A DNA stretch of 64,000 nucleotides from an uncultured delta proteobacterium (lineage in GTDB: Bacteria; Desulfobacterota; BSN033; UBA1163): NCBI GenBank assembly GCA_963708295.1, contig CAVPSJ010000018.1, forward strand, positions 1-64,000, given 5' to 3'. Position 1 is the stretch's first letter; every line of letters starts with the position of its first letter. The position numbers and the translations under genes are program-made. Of this stretch, positions 21,025 through 31,200 are shown piece after piece. The notes under the pieces were generated by a model, which did not search any database, had not been told where the DNA came from, and saw only the letters and a program-made list of their open reading frames with translations.

Positions 21025-21390
21025 ATGATAGGAAATAACATGACGGTATTCCTGTTCTTCATCGTGATGGTGGTCGCCCTCGGAGGGAGCTTGTATGTCC
21101 GCGCCTTTCTTACGAAGAGGGCTATCTTCAAGGTCATCGATATTTTTTACCGGCACCAAGCTCTCGGGACAAAAGGCGCCAAGACGCGGCACGAGCTTGG
21201 ACTGGAGCGCCCGGATTTTCTCCAAAGGATGATGAAACCACGTGATTACAAGCAATATGCCCTTCAAATCCTTATGAAAAGAGAGTTGGTCGTTGAGGAT
21301 GAGGAGGGAAGGTTGTACTTGGTTGAAGAGAGACTGGATCAAAACTTGAGAAGTCAAAGGAAGGATAGACTTTCACCTGAAAGGTCATGA
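21025..21390 (+). CDS. Membrane-anchored hypothetical protein
   Basis: One N-terminal TM helix, then a short possible winged-helix region; RBS AGGAAGGAG. Confidence 0.65.
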   Translation: MIGNNMTVFLFFIVMVVALGGSLYVRAFLTKRAIFKVIDIFYRHQALGTKGAKTRHELGLERPDFLQRMMKPRDYKQYALQILMKRELVVEDEEGRLYLVEERLDQNLRSQRKDRLSPERS

Positions 21391-21618
21391 TGATCTTACG
21401 TTTTTTTGGGTATCCATTTTCTCACTTCGATGTCTCTCCATAACCATTGTACGACGAATTCAGCCTCTGAACAGGTGTAAATCGGTCGAACCGGTTCTGG
21501 AAGACATGCCAAACAAAGGTCATGACAGGTACGCAAGCTTTCAACGGCGAATCGTCGGAAAAACGCCATGGGGAGCGGAGGATAGGGGAAAGGCAGAAAT
21601 GCCCTTCCCCCAGGATGA

Positions 21619-22854
21619 TCAGAATCTCCAGCTTAACCCGATCTCGAACGAGTTTTCCTCAAGCTTTGAGCTAAGAGTGACACTTGGGCCACCCGGACCA
21701 CCAAGATTTGCTCCTGTTTCAGAGATCTTTTTTTCGAACCCATGTGCGTATCCAAGATTCACTGCAAATTTTTCGCTGAACTCGTAGCCTATCCCGAACG
21801 TCAAATGAGTTTCCACTACAGCCGGAAATCCGACGATTCTCAGAAACTCGTAGCCAAAGGTGGACGTCGTCTTACCTTGGATGCTGGTCACGCCAGATGC
21901 ATTGAATCCATTATGCTCCCTGACTGGATTTCTCCCATAATTGACGCCTGTTCTTAAGGAGAGTTTAGGTATCGGTTTATATTGCACTCCCAGCGAGAAA
22001 ACATATTGGTCCCTCCAATCAAAATCCTCATAACCTTTGGCATCAGACCAGTTAATCCACTTGAAATTACCTTCTATCAATAGATTCTGGAAAGGCGAAA
22101 ATCCTACTCCAAGTCCCAGAGTTTGTGGCATGGTCAGCTTAAGGCCATCCTGGATACCATTACCATCGAAGTCAAAGACCCTCTTATGATTTACGGTTTG
22201 CGGTGTGACATAAGAAAGGCCTAGGGAAACCGGGCCGATTTTGTACATGGCACCCAGCTGAACCCCAACGGCATAGCCGCTTGAAGTCCCCTGGCCGAGA
22301 TCGAGGGCTGCATAATCCAGCTGAAGGTTTGCCCCGACTGAAAGATTATCGAGGATCATGTAGGAAAGATTTGGCGCAAATTTCATAACCTGATACTGTG
22401 TAAACAAATCTCCTGACGGTAAGGGAGATAAATTAAGCCTGTCTCTATAGTCCACCCCCAGTCCTGACGTACCGTAAGCTGCGATACCAAACCTCAAGGT
22501 TGGGGTGATCGGTGTGGACAGGCCTATCGCAGGGACAATGAAAATGTTTGACTGGCTTCGATCGCTGGCATCAACGCCAAATGCCGGGACCTGGACTTTT
22601 CCATGGGTCGAAGGGAGAAACACGGTCCCTCCAAAATCAACTTGTGAGCCAGGGCAGTAAGGCCCAAAACACATGGCTGCAGGGTTTGCAAAGACTGCGC
22701 TGATGGAATCCTGGGGAGCGGCAATTCCAACCCCTCCCATTCCCCTTGCGATGGGACCTATTCCAATGAGGTTATCCCCATTCGTTGCATTGGCAATCCC
22801 CCCCATGTTAAGCAGAAAAACAAGAGAAATCGTCACGAAGAATAGTTTTTTCAT
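21619..22854 (-). CDS. FadL/OmpP1/TodX-family outer membrane transporter
   Basis: GMGGVGIA..NPAAM hatch motif, beta-barrel pattern, terminal WRF. Confidence 0.9.
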   Translation of the reverse strand: MKKLFFVTISLVFLLNMGGIANATNGDNLIGIGPIARGMGGVGIAAPQDSISAVFANPAAMCFGPYCPGSQVDFGGTVFLPSTHGKVQVPAFGVDASDRSQSNIFIVPAIGLSTPITPTLRFGIAAYGTSGLGVDYRDRLNLSPLPSGDLFTQYQVMKFAPNLSYMILDNLSVGANLQLDYAALDLGQGTSSGYAVGVQLGAMYKIGPVSLGLSYVTPQTVNHKRVFDFDGNGIQDGLKLTMPQTLGLGVGFSPFQNLLIEGNFKWINWSDAKGYEDFDWRDQYVFSLGVQYKPIPKLSLRTGVNYGRNPVREHNGFNASGVTSIQGKTTSTFGYEFLRIVGFPAVVETHLTFGIGYEFSEKFAVNLGYAHGFEKKISETGANLGGPGGPSVTLSSKLEENSFEIGLSWRF

Positions 22855-23028
22855 TTTTCCCTCCTTCATTGGATTTTTAGATAGGGACAAATAGCCACTG
22901 ACTGCTCTTTATTCTTTACCTCCTTTCCTCCCCACCTCCATTTGATCTAACTATTCGATTTTCACCCCCCTTCTCATATATCAAGGTCCAACATTTCCAT
23001 TTGCCTTCCGAGTGCGTTCTTCATGCCT

Positions 23029-23625
23029 TCAGATAAAGAGTTGTACTTTGCTGTTTTTGGCCTGCTCCAGAAAGGTCGCCGCCCCTACATACTCCAGGTT
23101 CGGATAGTCGATGAACTCTCCCTGCTGAAACCCCATCAGGCTCATCGACATCTCACAAATGTAGATCTTCACCCCCAGCTCTCCCGCCATCTGGAGCATC
23201 TGATCCAACGAGGCCACGTTCTTCTTTTTCATCAACGACTTCATCATCAAAGTCCCCATCCCCCCCATGTTCATCTTCGAAAGCTTGATCGCATTCCTCC
23301 CCTTCGGAAGCATAAATCCAAACATCTTCCCCATCAGATCCTTACCGCCTGCATTCTTCTTCGGATCCCTCAAAACTGGCGTCCCCCAAAAGGTAAAGAA
23401 CATCACCGCCTCCATCCCCATGGCCACCGCCCCCGTTGCAATCACAAAGGCAGCCAAGACCTTGTCCAGATCCCCGCTAAAGACGATGATCGAAACCCTG
23501 TCATCAACCCCCGGCTTGATGTTTTCAACCTGCCTCCTCAGATCCGCCACCTGTCTCGCCAGATCGTCTGCCGTCACCGTGCCCTTTCTCATCTCCTCTC
23601 CCCTTGCCGCTGTAAGCTCATTCAT
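23029..23625 (-). CDS. DsrE/DsrF/DrsH-like (DsrE2) sulfur-relay protein
   Basis: IIVFSGDLDK, FFTFWG, KLSKMNMGGMG, ICEMSM, VGAATFL. Confidence 0.9.
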   Translation of the reverse strand: MNELTAARGEEMRKGTVTADDLARQVADLRRQVENIKPGVDDRVSIIVFSGDLDKVLAAFVIATGAVAMGMEAVMFFTFWGTPVLRDPKKNAGGKDLMGKMFGFMLPKGRNAIKLSKMNMGGMGTLMMKSLMKKKNVASLDQMLQMAGELGVKIYICEMSMSLMGFQQGEFIDYPNLEYVGAATFLEQAKNSKVQLFI

Positions 23626-23703
23626 CGGTCGCCTCTCCTTTCCATCTCAATTACTAAACTTTGTTGATGTAATTTACATAAATTATTAAACAAAATATAT
23701 ATA

Positions 23704-23753
23704 ACCATACCCCCCCAGGGCACATAATATAGAAAAAAATAAATTATTGTCAA
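23704..23753 (-). promoter_or_regulatory. dsrE promoter with second CsoR/CstR-like operator
   Basis: TTGACA (23753-23748); ACCATACCCCCCCAGGG shares 12 nt (ACCATACCCCCC) with the site at 9158-9169. Confidence 0.55.
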
Positions 23754-23789
23754 GTTTATTGACAACCAAAAAAAATTGCGCTAATGTAA

Positions 23790-23805
23790 GTCTACAAATG
23801 TAGAC
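23790..23805 (+). promoter_or_regulatory. LexA box
   Basis: Palindrome GTCTACA-AA-TGTAGAC just after TTGACA(23759)-17-TAATGT; fits the Geobacter GGTT-N2-C-N4-G-N3-ACC pattern with two mismatches. Confidence 0.75.
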
Positions 23806-23843
23806 CTTTTAAGCAAACTTAGAAATCAAACCTGAGGATAAAA

Positions 23844-24470
23844 ATGGAAAATAAAAAAGATCTTTCGCCCACCCAGGAAAGGGTTTTTTCTTTTTTGAAA
23901 AATTACCTTGGTGATAGGGGTTTTCCACCTACCCTCCGTGAGATTGCCTCTCATTTTGGGTTGAAAGGGCCCAAGGCTCCACAAAAAACCTTAAATATCC
24001 TTGAGAGAAAGGGGTATATCCGGAAAATTCCCGGAGGTTCGAGAGCAATTGAAATTTTAGGCCCCCCACCGATTCATTCTGCCCAGATACTTTCAATTCC
24101 AATCATTGGAAGAGTGCAGGCAGGAGAACCCGTCCTTGCTGTCGAGAACATCGAAGGATATATCCACTTCGACCGAAATCTTGTTGGCTCGGGGGATGTC
24201 TTTCTCCTCCGGGTCCAAGGCGATAGTATGATCGACGCTCACATCCAGGACGGGGATTTCGCCCTGGTAAAACCCCAACCCAATGCGGAGAACGGTGAGA
24301 TCGTCGTGGTCTTAGTCGAAGACGAGGCCACGATCAAGAGAATCTTTCAGAACAGGGATTTGATTCGGCTTGAGCCAGCCAATCCCAAGATGGAACCCAT
24401 TATTGTTAAAAAGGACGAGAAAAAGGTCACCCTTGTGGGAAAGGTAATTGGAATTTTCAGAAAGTTCTAA
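23844..24470 (+). CDS. lexA: LexA repressor
   Basis: GFPPTLREIA, RVQAGEP cleavage site, VQGDSM (Ser), ATIKR (Lys). Confidence 0.95.
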   Translation: MENKKDLSPTQERVFSFLKNYLGDRGFPPTLREIASHFGLKGPKAPQKTLNILERKGYIRKIPGGSRAIEILGPPPIHSAQILSIPIIGRVQAGEPVLAVENIEGYIHFDRNLVGSGDVFLLRVQGDSMIDAHIQDGDFALVKPQPNAENGEIVVVLVEDEATIKRIFQNRDLIRLEPANPKMEPIIVKKDEKKVTLVGKVIGIFRKF

Positions 24471-24560
24471 AGTTCGGAGTGATTTAGTTCGGAGAAGTCA
24501 ATTCGGGATTTAAGATTTTGTTTTTTTGCTCCGAACTCTGACCCTCGAACTCATAACTTT
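24470..24560. repeat. Short intergenic direct/inverted repeats
   Basis: AGTTCGGAG twice and complementary CTCCGAACT between lexA and dinB. Confidence 0.5.
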
Positions 24561-24566
24561 AAATTC

Positions 24567-25721
24567 ATGGACGATCGCTTTATTCTTCACATGGATATGG
24601 ATGCTTTTTTTATCTCAGTGGAGCAGAGGGATCATCCTGCCCTCCTGGGAAAACCCGCAGCGGTTTGCGGTTCTCTTTCTCGAAGCGTCATCACTTCAGC
24701 CACCTACGAAGCAAGGCCTTATGGAATACGGGCAGGAATGTCCACTCAAGAAGCAAAAAGGCGTTGTCCACAGTTGATTCTTGTTGCAGGGGACCATTCA
24801 AAATATACCAAAACGTCGGCTCGAATTTTTACCCTTCTAAAAAAGTATACCCCTGTGGTGGAGGTTGCCTCCATTGACGAGGCCTACCTCGACATCACGC
24901 AATCTCTCCTTCTCTTCCAGTCTCCCCTCCACATCGCTCAATCGGTCAAGGATCAAATTCGTGAGAGTGAGCAACTCACCTGCTCCATCGGAGTCGCTCC
25001 GAATAAACTCCTTGCCAAGTTGGGAAGTGGTCTCAAAAAGCCGGATGGTTTGGTAGTCATTCGGAAAGAGGACGTTGAAGCGATCCTGAAGGATCTTCCG
25101 GTGCCCAAGCTTTATGGAATTGGACCAAAACTGACAGAGGCGCTCCATTCGATCGGCATCTTTACATGCAGTCAACTGGGAAGGGTCCCGATTTCTGTGT
25201 TAACCGAAAGGTTTGGTGTCATCGGCCAAGGACTCCATGAGATGGGTTCGGGAATGGATGACAGTCCGGTCGTTCCCTTTGACGAAGAGGGAGATGCCAA
25301 ATCCATCAGCCACAGTGTTACCCTGGAAGAGGATACCTCTGACCCGAATATCCTGAGAAAAGTTCTGCTTCAGCTTTCAGAAAGGGTCTCCAGAAGGATG
25401 AGGAAAGAAGGTTTTTACGGAAAGAGGATTGCCGTCACGGTCCGTTATTCCGATTTTTTCACCTTCTCAAAGCAAAAGACCCTTTCCAAGGGGATGAACA
25501 GCGGCAACGAAATATTCAAACTTTCTTCTGAGATCTTTGAATCGCTTTCCCATCCCAAACCCATTCGCCTCCTGGGAGTCGGGATGTCTCTTTTGGTAAA
25601 AGAATGGTCCCAGCTCGATCTCTTTGAGAAAAGGGATAAAAAGGATAATCTGCTCAAGGCCATGGATCGGGTGAACGAACGATTTGGAGACTGGACCTTA
25701 ACCTGGGCCGGGCTTTACTAA
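24567..25721 (+). CDS. dinB: DNA polymerase IV
   Basis: LHMDMDAFF, ATYEAR, SIDEAYLD, NKLLAK..KPDG. Confidence 0.95.
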   Translation: MDDRFILHMDMDAFFISVEQRDHPALLGKPAAVCGSLSRSVITSATYEARPYGIRAGMSTQEAKRRCPQLILVAGDHSKYTKTSARIFTLLKKYTPVVEVASIDEAYLDITQSLLLFQSPLHIAQSVKDQIRESEQLTCSIGVAPNKLLAKLGSGLKKPDGLVVIRKEDVEAILKDLPVPKLYGIGPKLTEALHSIGIFTCSQLGRVPISVLTERFGVIGQGLHEMGSGMDDSPVVPFDEEGDAKSISHSVTLEEDTSDPNILRKVLLQLSERVSRRMRKEGFYGKRIAVTVRYSDFFTFSKQKTLSKGMNSGNEIFKLSSEIFESLSHPKPIRLLGVGMSLLVKEWSQLDLFEKRDKKDNLLKAMDRVNERFGDWTLTWAGLY

Positions 25722-26057
25722 TGGTAAAGCTCAAAGTTAAAAGCTCAATGCTCAAAGCTTATGAATCCATTTTTGTTTGTCCGGGAATAACAGAATATGC
25801 TTTTCCTGTAATTCCTCTTTTGCCCGTTTCACCTATAAGTCTACACCCTCTGACAACCCCTGAGACGAGCGATTACCGAAAGTAGTCTTCAAAGAATGCC
25901 CTTCAAGAGCTTTCATCATGCTTAATTTCTTGGAAGTGAAAAGAGTCATGAATAGAAAGCTTAATTAGTACGTCAAAAGGTAAAGATGTTACAATTTACT
26001 TTTTGGTCTTGACAAGGGGGAGGGTTCGTAATAGGTTCCTTAAAAAGGAGGAGCAAG

Positions 26058-26939
26058 ATGAATAAGTTCGGTGCAATGCTGGCTATCGTGATGACGCTTT
26101 CTATTGCTGCCTGTTTACCTCCGCCGCCGGTAGATGTAGACGTTAGCGTTCCTCTACCACCGCCCATTGTATTTAGTGGAACGCCTGAGATGGTAATCCT
26201 GCCTGAAACAGAGGTGTATGTTGCTCCTGAGTATGATCAAGACCTATTTTTCTATGGTGGTTGGTGGTGGCGGCCATGGGGAGGTCGATGGTATCGATCA
26301 CTAACCTATGATTCAGGATGGGAGTTTTACCACGGTGTGCCAGGATGGTATGGTGGAGTGTATCCTCACTGGAGAGACAACTACCGCAACCACATGTGGG
26401 GGGGCCAGAGATGGGACTACCGCCCGGTGCATTATGGTGATGTTCGAGCCAACTGGAAAACCTGGCACGACACAGGCCGTCATCAACAGAATTGGGGCAC
26501 TACCGGCAGCTACCGTCACGGAGCGGAGACTCGTCGGGACTTCCGGGGCTTTGGACAGGAGACAAGAGGTCAGCAGGCTCCAGTAGCTACTCGCCAGGCT
26601 CCTGCGGAGACAAAGGGGCAACGGACTCCCGTAGCTACTCATCAGGGTCCTGCAACACCACAAGGCCCAAAAGCTCCAGTAGCGACTCGCCAGGCTCCTG
26701 CGGAGACAAGGGGTCAACGGGCTCCAGTAGCTACCCGCCAGGCTCCTGACCTTAGTAAGAATAAGAGTGCCTTTGGGGGCGTGGGGCGAGGAAGCGATGC
26801 ACAAAAACAGAGCAACCGTGGTTTCCAGAGCCGCCAGAGCATGTCTCCAAAAGGAGCAGGCGGTGCAGGCCAAGGGAATGTTGGTCGTGAGGGTGGCAGC
26901 AGCGGGGGGAGCAAAGGTAAGGTTGACCGCCCCCGCTAA
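26058..26939 (+). CDS. Lipoprotein with Trp/Tyr-rich domain, tandem repeats and Gly-rich tail
   Basis: Lipobox IAAC; DLFFYGGWWWRPWGGRWY; four 16-aa repeats. Confidence 0.8.
   Translation: MNKFGAMLAIVMTLSIAACLPPPPVDVDVSVPLPPPIVFSGTPEMVILPETEVYVAPEYDQDLFFYGGWWWRPWGGRWYRSLTYDSGWEFYHGVPGWYGGVYPHWRDNYRNHMWGGQRWDYRPVHYGDVRANWKTWHDTGRHQQNWGTTGSYRHGAETRRDFRGFGQETRGQQAPVATRQAPAETKGQRTPVATHQGPATPQGPKAPVATRQAPAETRGQRAPVATRQAPDLSKNKSAFGGVGRGSDAQKQSNRGFQSRQSMSPKGAGGAGQGNVGREGGSSGGSKGKVDRPR
26559..26750 (+). repeat. Intragenic tandem repeat, 4 x 48 bp
   Basis: ETRGQQAPVATRQAPA / ETKGQRTPVATHQGPA / TPQGPKAPVATRQAPA / ETRGQRAPVATRQAPD. Confidence 0.9.
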
Positions 26940-26986
26940 GGATTGAGCAACGATTTAAACATCATAGCTCGACGGAGGAAAAAGCG

Positions 26987-27949
26987 ATGTTTATCGATAC
27001 ATGGAATCAAGAGAGACATTCAATGCGCCGTTTTTGTTTTCTAATCATAGCGGGAGTGATGATGTTCGCTGGATTTTATCAGAGTGCTTTTGCAGCCGAG
27101 GCTGAGCAAAAAAGTTTCAAATCGCCTGAAGAGGCTGTCAGCGCACTGAGCAATGCAGTAAAGGGAAGTGATACGAAGGAATTGCTAACAATCTTCGGTC
27201 CCGAAGGGAAGGAATTAATTTCCTCTGGAGATAAGGTTGCTGACGAGACAGGAAGAGAACATTTTATTAAGGCCTATGAGGAAATGAATAAGCTGGTGAG
27301 AGAGAATGACACGAAGGTCATCCTCCGTGTAGGAAAAGGAGATTGGCCTTTTCCGATTCCTGTCGTTAAGAAAGGTGAATATTGGCTCTTCGATACGATG
27401 GCGGGGAGAGAAGAGATCCTCAATCGCAGGATCGGCCGCAACGAACTCAATGCCATCCAGGTGTGCCTGGCCTATGTGGATGCCCAGCGTGAATACATCT
27501 TGAAGGATCGGGATGAAGACAAGTTACTGGAATACGCCCAGAAGTTTCAAAGCAGGAGGGGAAAGAAAAACGGCCTTTACTGGAAGGCGAAGGAGGGTGA
27601 ACCACAAAGCCCCCTTGGTCCCTTAATCGCCAAGGCTGCCGGGGAGGGATACCTTGGAAAGAAGATTATTGGAAAACGAAACCCTTATCACGGGTATCAC
27701 TATAAGATTCTGAAGTCCCAGGGAAAGAATGCACGAGGAGGGGAATATGATTATGTGGTCAATGGCAAGATGATCGGCGGTTTTGCCCTGGTCGCATATC
27801 CTGACGAATACGGTAACTCCGGAGTCATGACCTTTATCGTGAACCAGGATGGTGTCGTATACGAGAAAGATCTAGGTAAAGAAACTGAGAAAATTGCAAG
27901 GGCCATAAAGAAATTCGACCCAGACGAAACTTGGAAGAAAGCGGAATAA
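26987..27949 (+). CDS. DUF2950 family protein
   Basis: WPFPIPVVK, EILNRRIGRNELNAI, DAQREY, SPLGPL, YGNSGVMTFIVNQDGVVYEKDLG. Confidence 0.9.
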   Translation: MFIDTWNQERHSMRRFCFLIIAGVMMFAGFYQSAFAAEAEQKSFKSPEEAVSALSNAVKGSDTKELLTIFGPEGKELISSGDKVADETGREHFIKAYEEMNKLVRENDTKVILRVGKGDWPFPIPVVKKGEYWLFDTMAGREEILNRRIGRNELNAIQVCLAYVDAQREYILKDRDEDKLLEYAQKFQSRRGKKNGLYWKAKEGEPQSPLGPLIAKAAGEGYLGKKIIGKRNPYHGYHYKILKSQGKNARGGEYDYVVNGKMIGGFALVAYPDEYGNSGVMTFIVNQDGVVYEKDLGKETEKIARAIKKFDPDETWKKAE

Positions 27950-27954
27950 TCCTT

Positions 27955-28208
27955 TCAGAGAGTATTGTCAGCAATCTGGCGATTTTTCATATTAGAATGG
28001 GGAAGGTTTTCCCCATTTTTTTTATTCACCCATCCATATTTCTTCGTAAACGCCTCCACCACCGGCTCGACGGCCGTGATGTTGGCGTAGAAGGTCACCT
28101 TCCCTTCCGACCTTGCCTTCACAATCAAGGCTTCCTGCGGTTCAGCAGCAGAGAGGATATCGGGGCTCATGAAAAAATCGATATCAGTATCATCGCCAGC
28201 CTTCTCAT
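27955..28208 (-). pseudogene. Truncated ABC transporter substrate-binding protein remnant
   Basis: Signal peptide (MRRLAMILISIF, frameshifted), then KARSEGKVTFYANI..VEAFTKKYG, then similarity stops. Confidence 0.55.
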
Positions 28209-28257
28209 ATGTCTCTCCTTTCATCCATTCGAGTTTCGATCATCCTACCGGCCCCAT

Positions 28258-31200
28258 CTAGTCTTGGAGGGCGGCCAGCAACTTTTCCACTTGATACTCG
28301 GATTTCTCTTCGGCCTGTTGCCACTTTTGAATCATGGAATAGCATCGTTCTAATTCTTCAATCACGCCGTTGACGGGGCGAAGAGGATCCGAACCGATCG
28401 TCACCGCGGCCACCATCATCAGCCACCACAACATCTCCTCAAAGGCTTCTTTATTGAACCACCAGATATCCCGGGACTGGTTTATTTGTAAGAATTGCCG
28501 AAGATCTCCGTCCCTTAACAATGACTCTAATGTTGTGCTAGCCGGGTTCGGATCTGAGGGTTTCGTCTCAAACCATTTTTGATGACCCGTCAGCCATTTG
28601 ATGACCGTCAATGAACCCCATGCAGCCGCTTCTTCAAGGCCTAAATCCTTCAGCATACCAAAGATCGTTTTGCCGAGCCTCCATTCGGCAATCCATGTTC
28701 GACTCTGCTCTGCGAAGTCCCCTGGATGGACCACCCTGCCCAGAGCATGGACAAACAGCCAGCCGAAGAGAGTCGCCCAGGGGACGGGTGAATCGGTCAA
28801 TCTCTTGTGCAGGTATTCTGCCGCCGCCTGGACTCCTCTGGGTTGAAGCCGTGGGTAGCGGCTGGTCAGGACGGGTAAGTATAGAATAGCTTCCAGTTTC
28901 CGTCTGATGTCCCGGACCGTGGTCATCCCATCTTCTGTCCCTCTGCTGAGCCGTTTCGTCTCCTGGATAAGGTGAATGACGTTCCTTTCTATCTCCTCCA
29001 TGAGGTTCTGATCGAGTTCGGCTTGTAGCCGGGTGATGCGTGCCTCCATGAAATGGCGGAAGATGCCCACGTTCACCAGTTGCTGAAAGGCATTTTGCAG
29101 AGGCTGCAGCAGCATTTCTTTCAGCACTTCTTCGATGCTGGGTACGCCCCGGCCGTCTAAGTCTGCGGCAATGTGCGAATAGTGACGCGAGGAATCGTCT
29201 CGAACTTCTCTAAAATCGATGAAGACATGATACTTGTAGGCATCCAGCTCCACATACAATCCCTTTTCGTACAATTCCCTGCTGCACCGGATGTACTCCA
29301 GGCCGGCCACATTGTCCCTGAAAATACAGAAATAATCCTGATCCTTATGCAATCCAAGACCTTCTCCCAAGTCTTTTTGGACGAGTGCGCGTTCATCCCC
29401 ATCTCCCGTCTTGACCGAATAGGCGACAGAAGAACGGACCCATCCCCGGGCGGATCCATACTTGTTATGATAAAGGATTAAACCCCGCTCATCGCCAACG
29501 CGATTGGAGTAGGCGAATACATCCTCATTGACGGTGCCTTCAGGGGTGAAAAAATCGTAGAGCAGGAAATTCTTAACGTCAGCAAAAAGATGGCGGCGTT
29601 TCATCAATGGAAAGATCTCGCGCTCATGCCGCACGATCAATCCCTGGTCGGGCTGTTCGTCCCATTTGGCATACCGGTATTCCATCCCATATTTTTCGTT
29701 GAATCCTTCCACCTGGCCATGGGCAAGCATGGGGAGTCCGGGCAGGGTCACCATCATCGTGCAGACGCCAAAGTACTTATCTCCCTTGCCGAACTGAGTG
29801 ACCGCCGTCTCCTCATCAGGATTGCTCATAAAATTGACAAACCGCTTAAGGACTTCGGGATTGAATTCGAGCGTATTTTTGATGACGGAACGGTATTTGG
29901 AATTCTCCTCGTCTTTCAGCATATTCATAAAAGCGCTGTTGTAAACCCGATGCATCCCCAAGGTCCGGACAAAGTACCCTTCGAGTAACCAAAAGGCTTC
30001 GGCCAGCAATAAGGTGTCGGGGGCTTCTTGAGCCACCCGGTCCACGACCTGACGCCAGAATTCTTCGGGGAGGAGATCATTGAACTGTTTTTTGGATAGT
30101 CCATGCTCAGCTCTCGAAGGAATGGCGCCCCCCGTACCGGGTTCCGGGAACCACAAGCGCTGATAATGCCGCTTCGCCAAAGTCATGGCGGCATCGAAAC
30201 GGATGATGGGAAATTTTCGGGCCACATGGAGGATCGTTTGAATGACCCCCTCCCTGACTTCAGGATTCAGGTAGTTCAACTGGGCCGTATCATTCCAGGG
30301 CATCCGCGTCCCGTCGTTGCCATGGTAGACAAACTTTTCGTTGCCAGTTCTCCGGTCTACCCTTTTGAAGACCACGGCTGCGTCACTCCGGTCGAAATAA
30401 TGGTCCTCGAGATAAATTCCCACCTCTCCGTGCCAGGAGAGGTCCGGTCCGCTGAAACGATAAGCGGGAAAGGGGCTGTAATCCAAGGAGACGAACCAAT
30501 CCGGATGTTCGATCACCCATCTGGAATCAATCCCCACATGGTTGGGGACCATATCGCTTGCCATACGGATGCCTCGCCGCCAGGCCCGGTCTTTCAAATT
30601 CTGAAAGGCTTCTTCACCCCCGAGGTCACTTGCAATCTGATAATCGAATAGGGAATAAGCCGAAGCCACGGCATCGGGATCGCCCAGTATCTCTTTGATT
30701 CTTCTTGAGGCAAGGCTTCTCTCCCACACGCCGATGAGCCACAATCCGGTGAAGCCCCAACGGTCGAGGAGATTCAGCTCTTCATCAGGAATTTGATCAA
30801 GTCGGTAGATGGAACGCCGATATTTCCTGGAGAGTTGATGGAGCCACACATAAACATTCTTCGCCATGAGGACCAGCTTGGGCATCCATTCGAGGTCGAA
30901 ACTAAAGTGTTCCGGTTCGTCCTCCATACCGAGAAATTCATAAACCTCCGCGGGCGCACGGCTCCAGGATGCCATCCTCCGCAATTCCGCGATTTCCTCC
31001 TCTTTGACCAGGTCGAGACTGCTCAGAACTCGCAAGAGATAGGAACCCAGTAAGTAACCCCATTTTTCTCGGATGTAGGCCAGTTGTCCTGAGAGTGAAT
31101 GGGGAACGGCCAGGGCAGGACTACGGAGCATGTCCACCAGGTTTTGATGATCCGGGCCGAAGAAGGGCTGTTGATCAAAGAACGAATGAAGCGTTTCAAT

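Noticed and set aside
26559-26750. Tandem repeat as a CRISPR array
   Set aside because: In-frame coding repeats without unique spacers; no cas genes.
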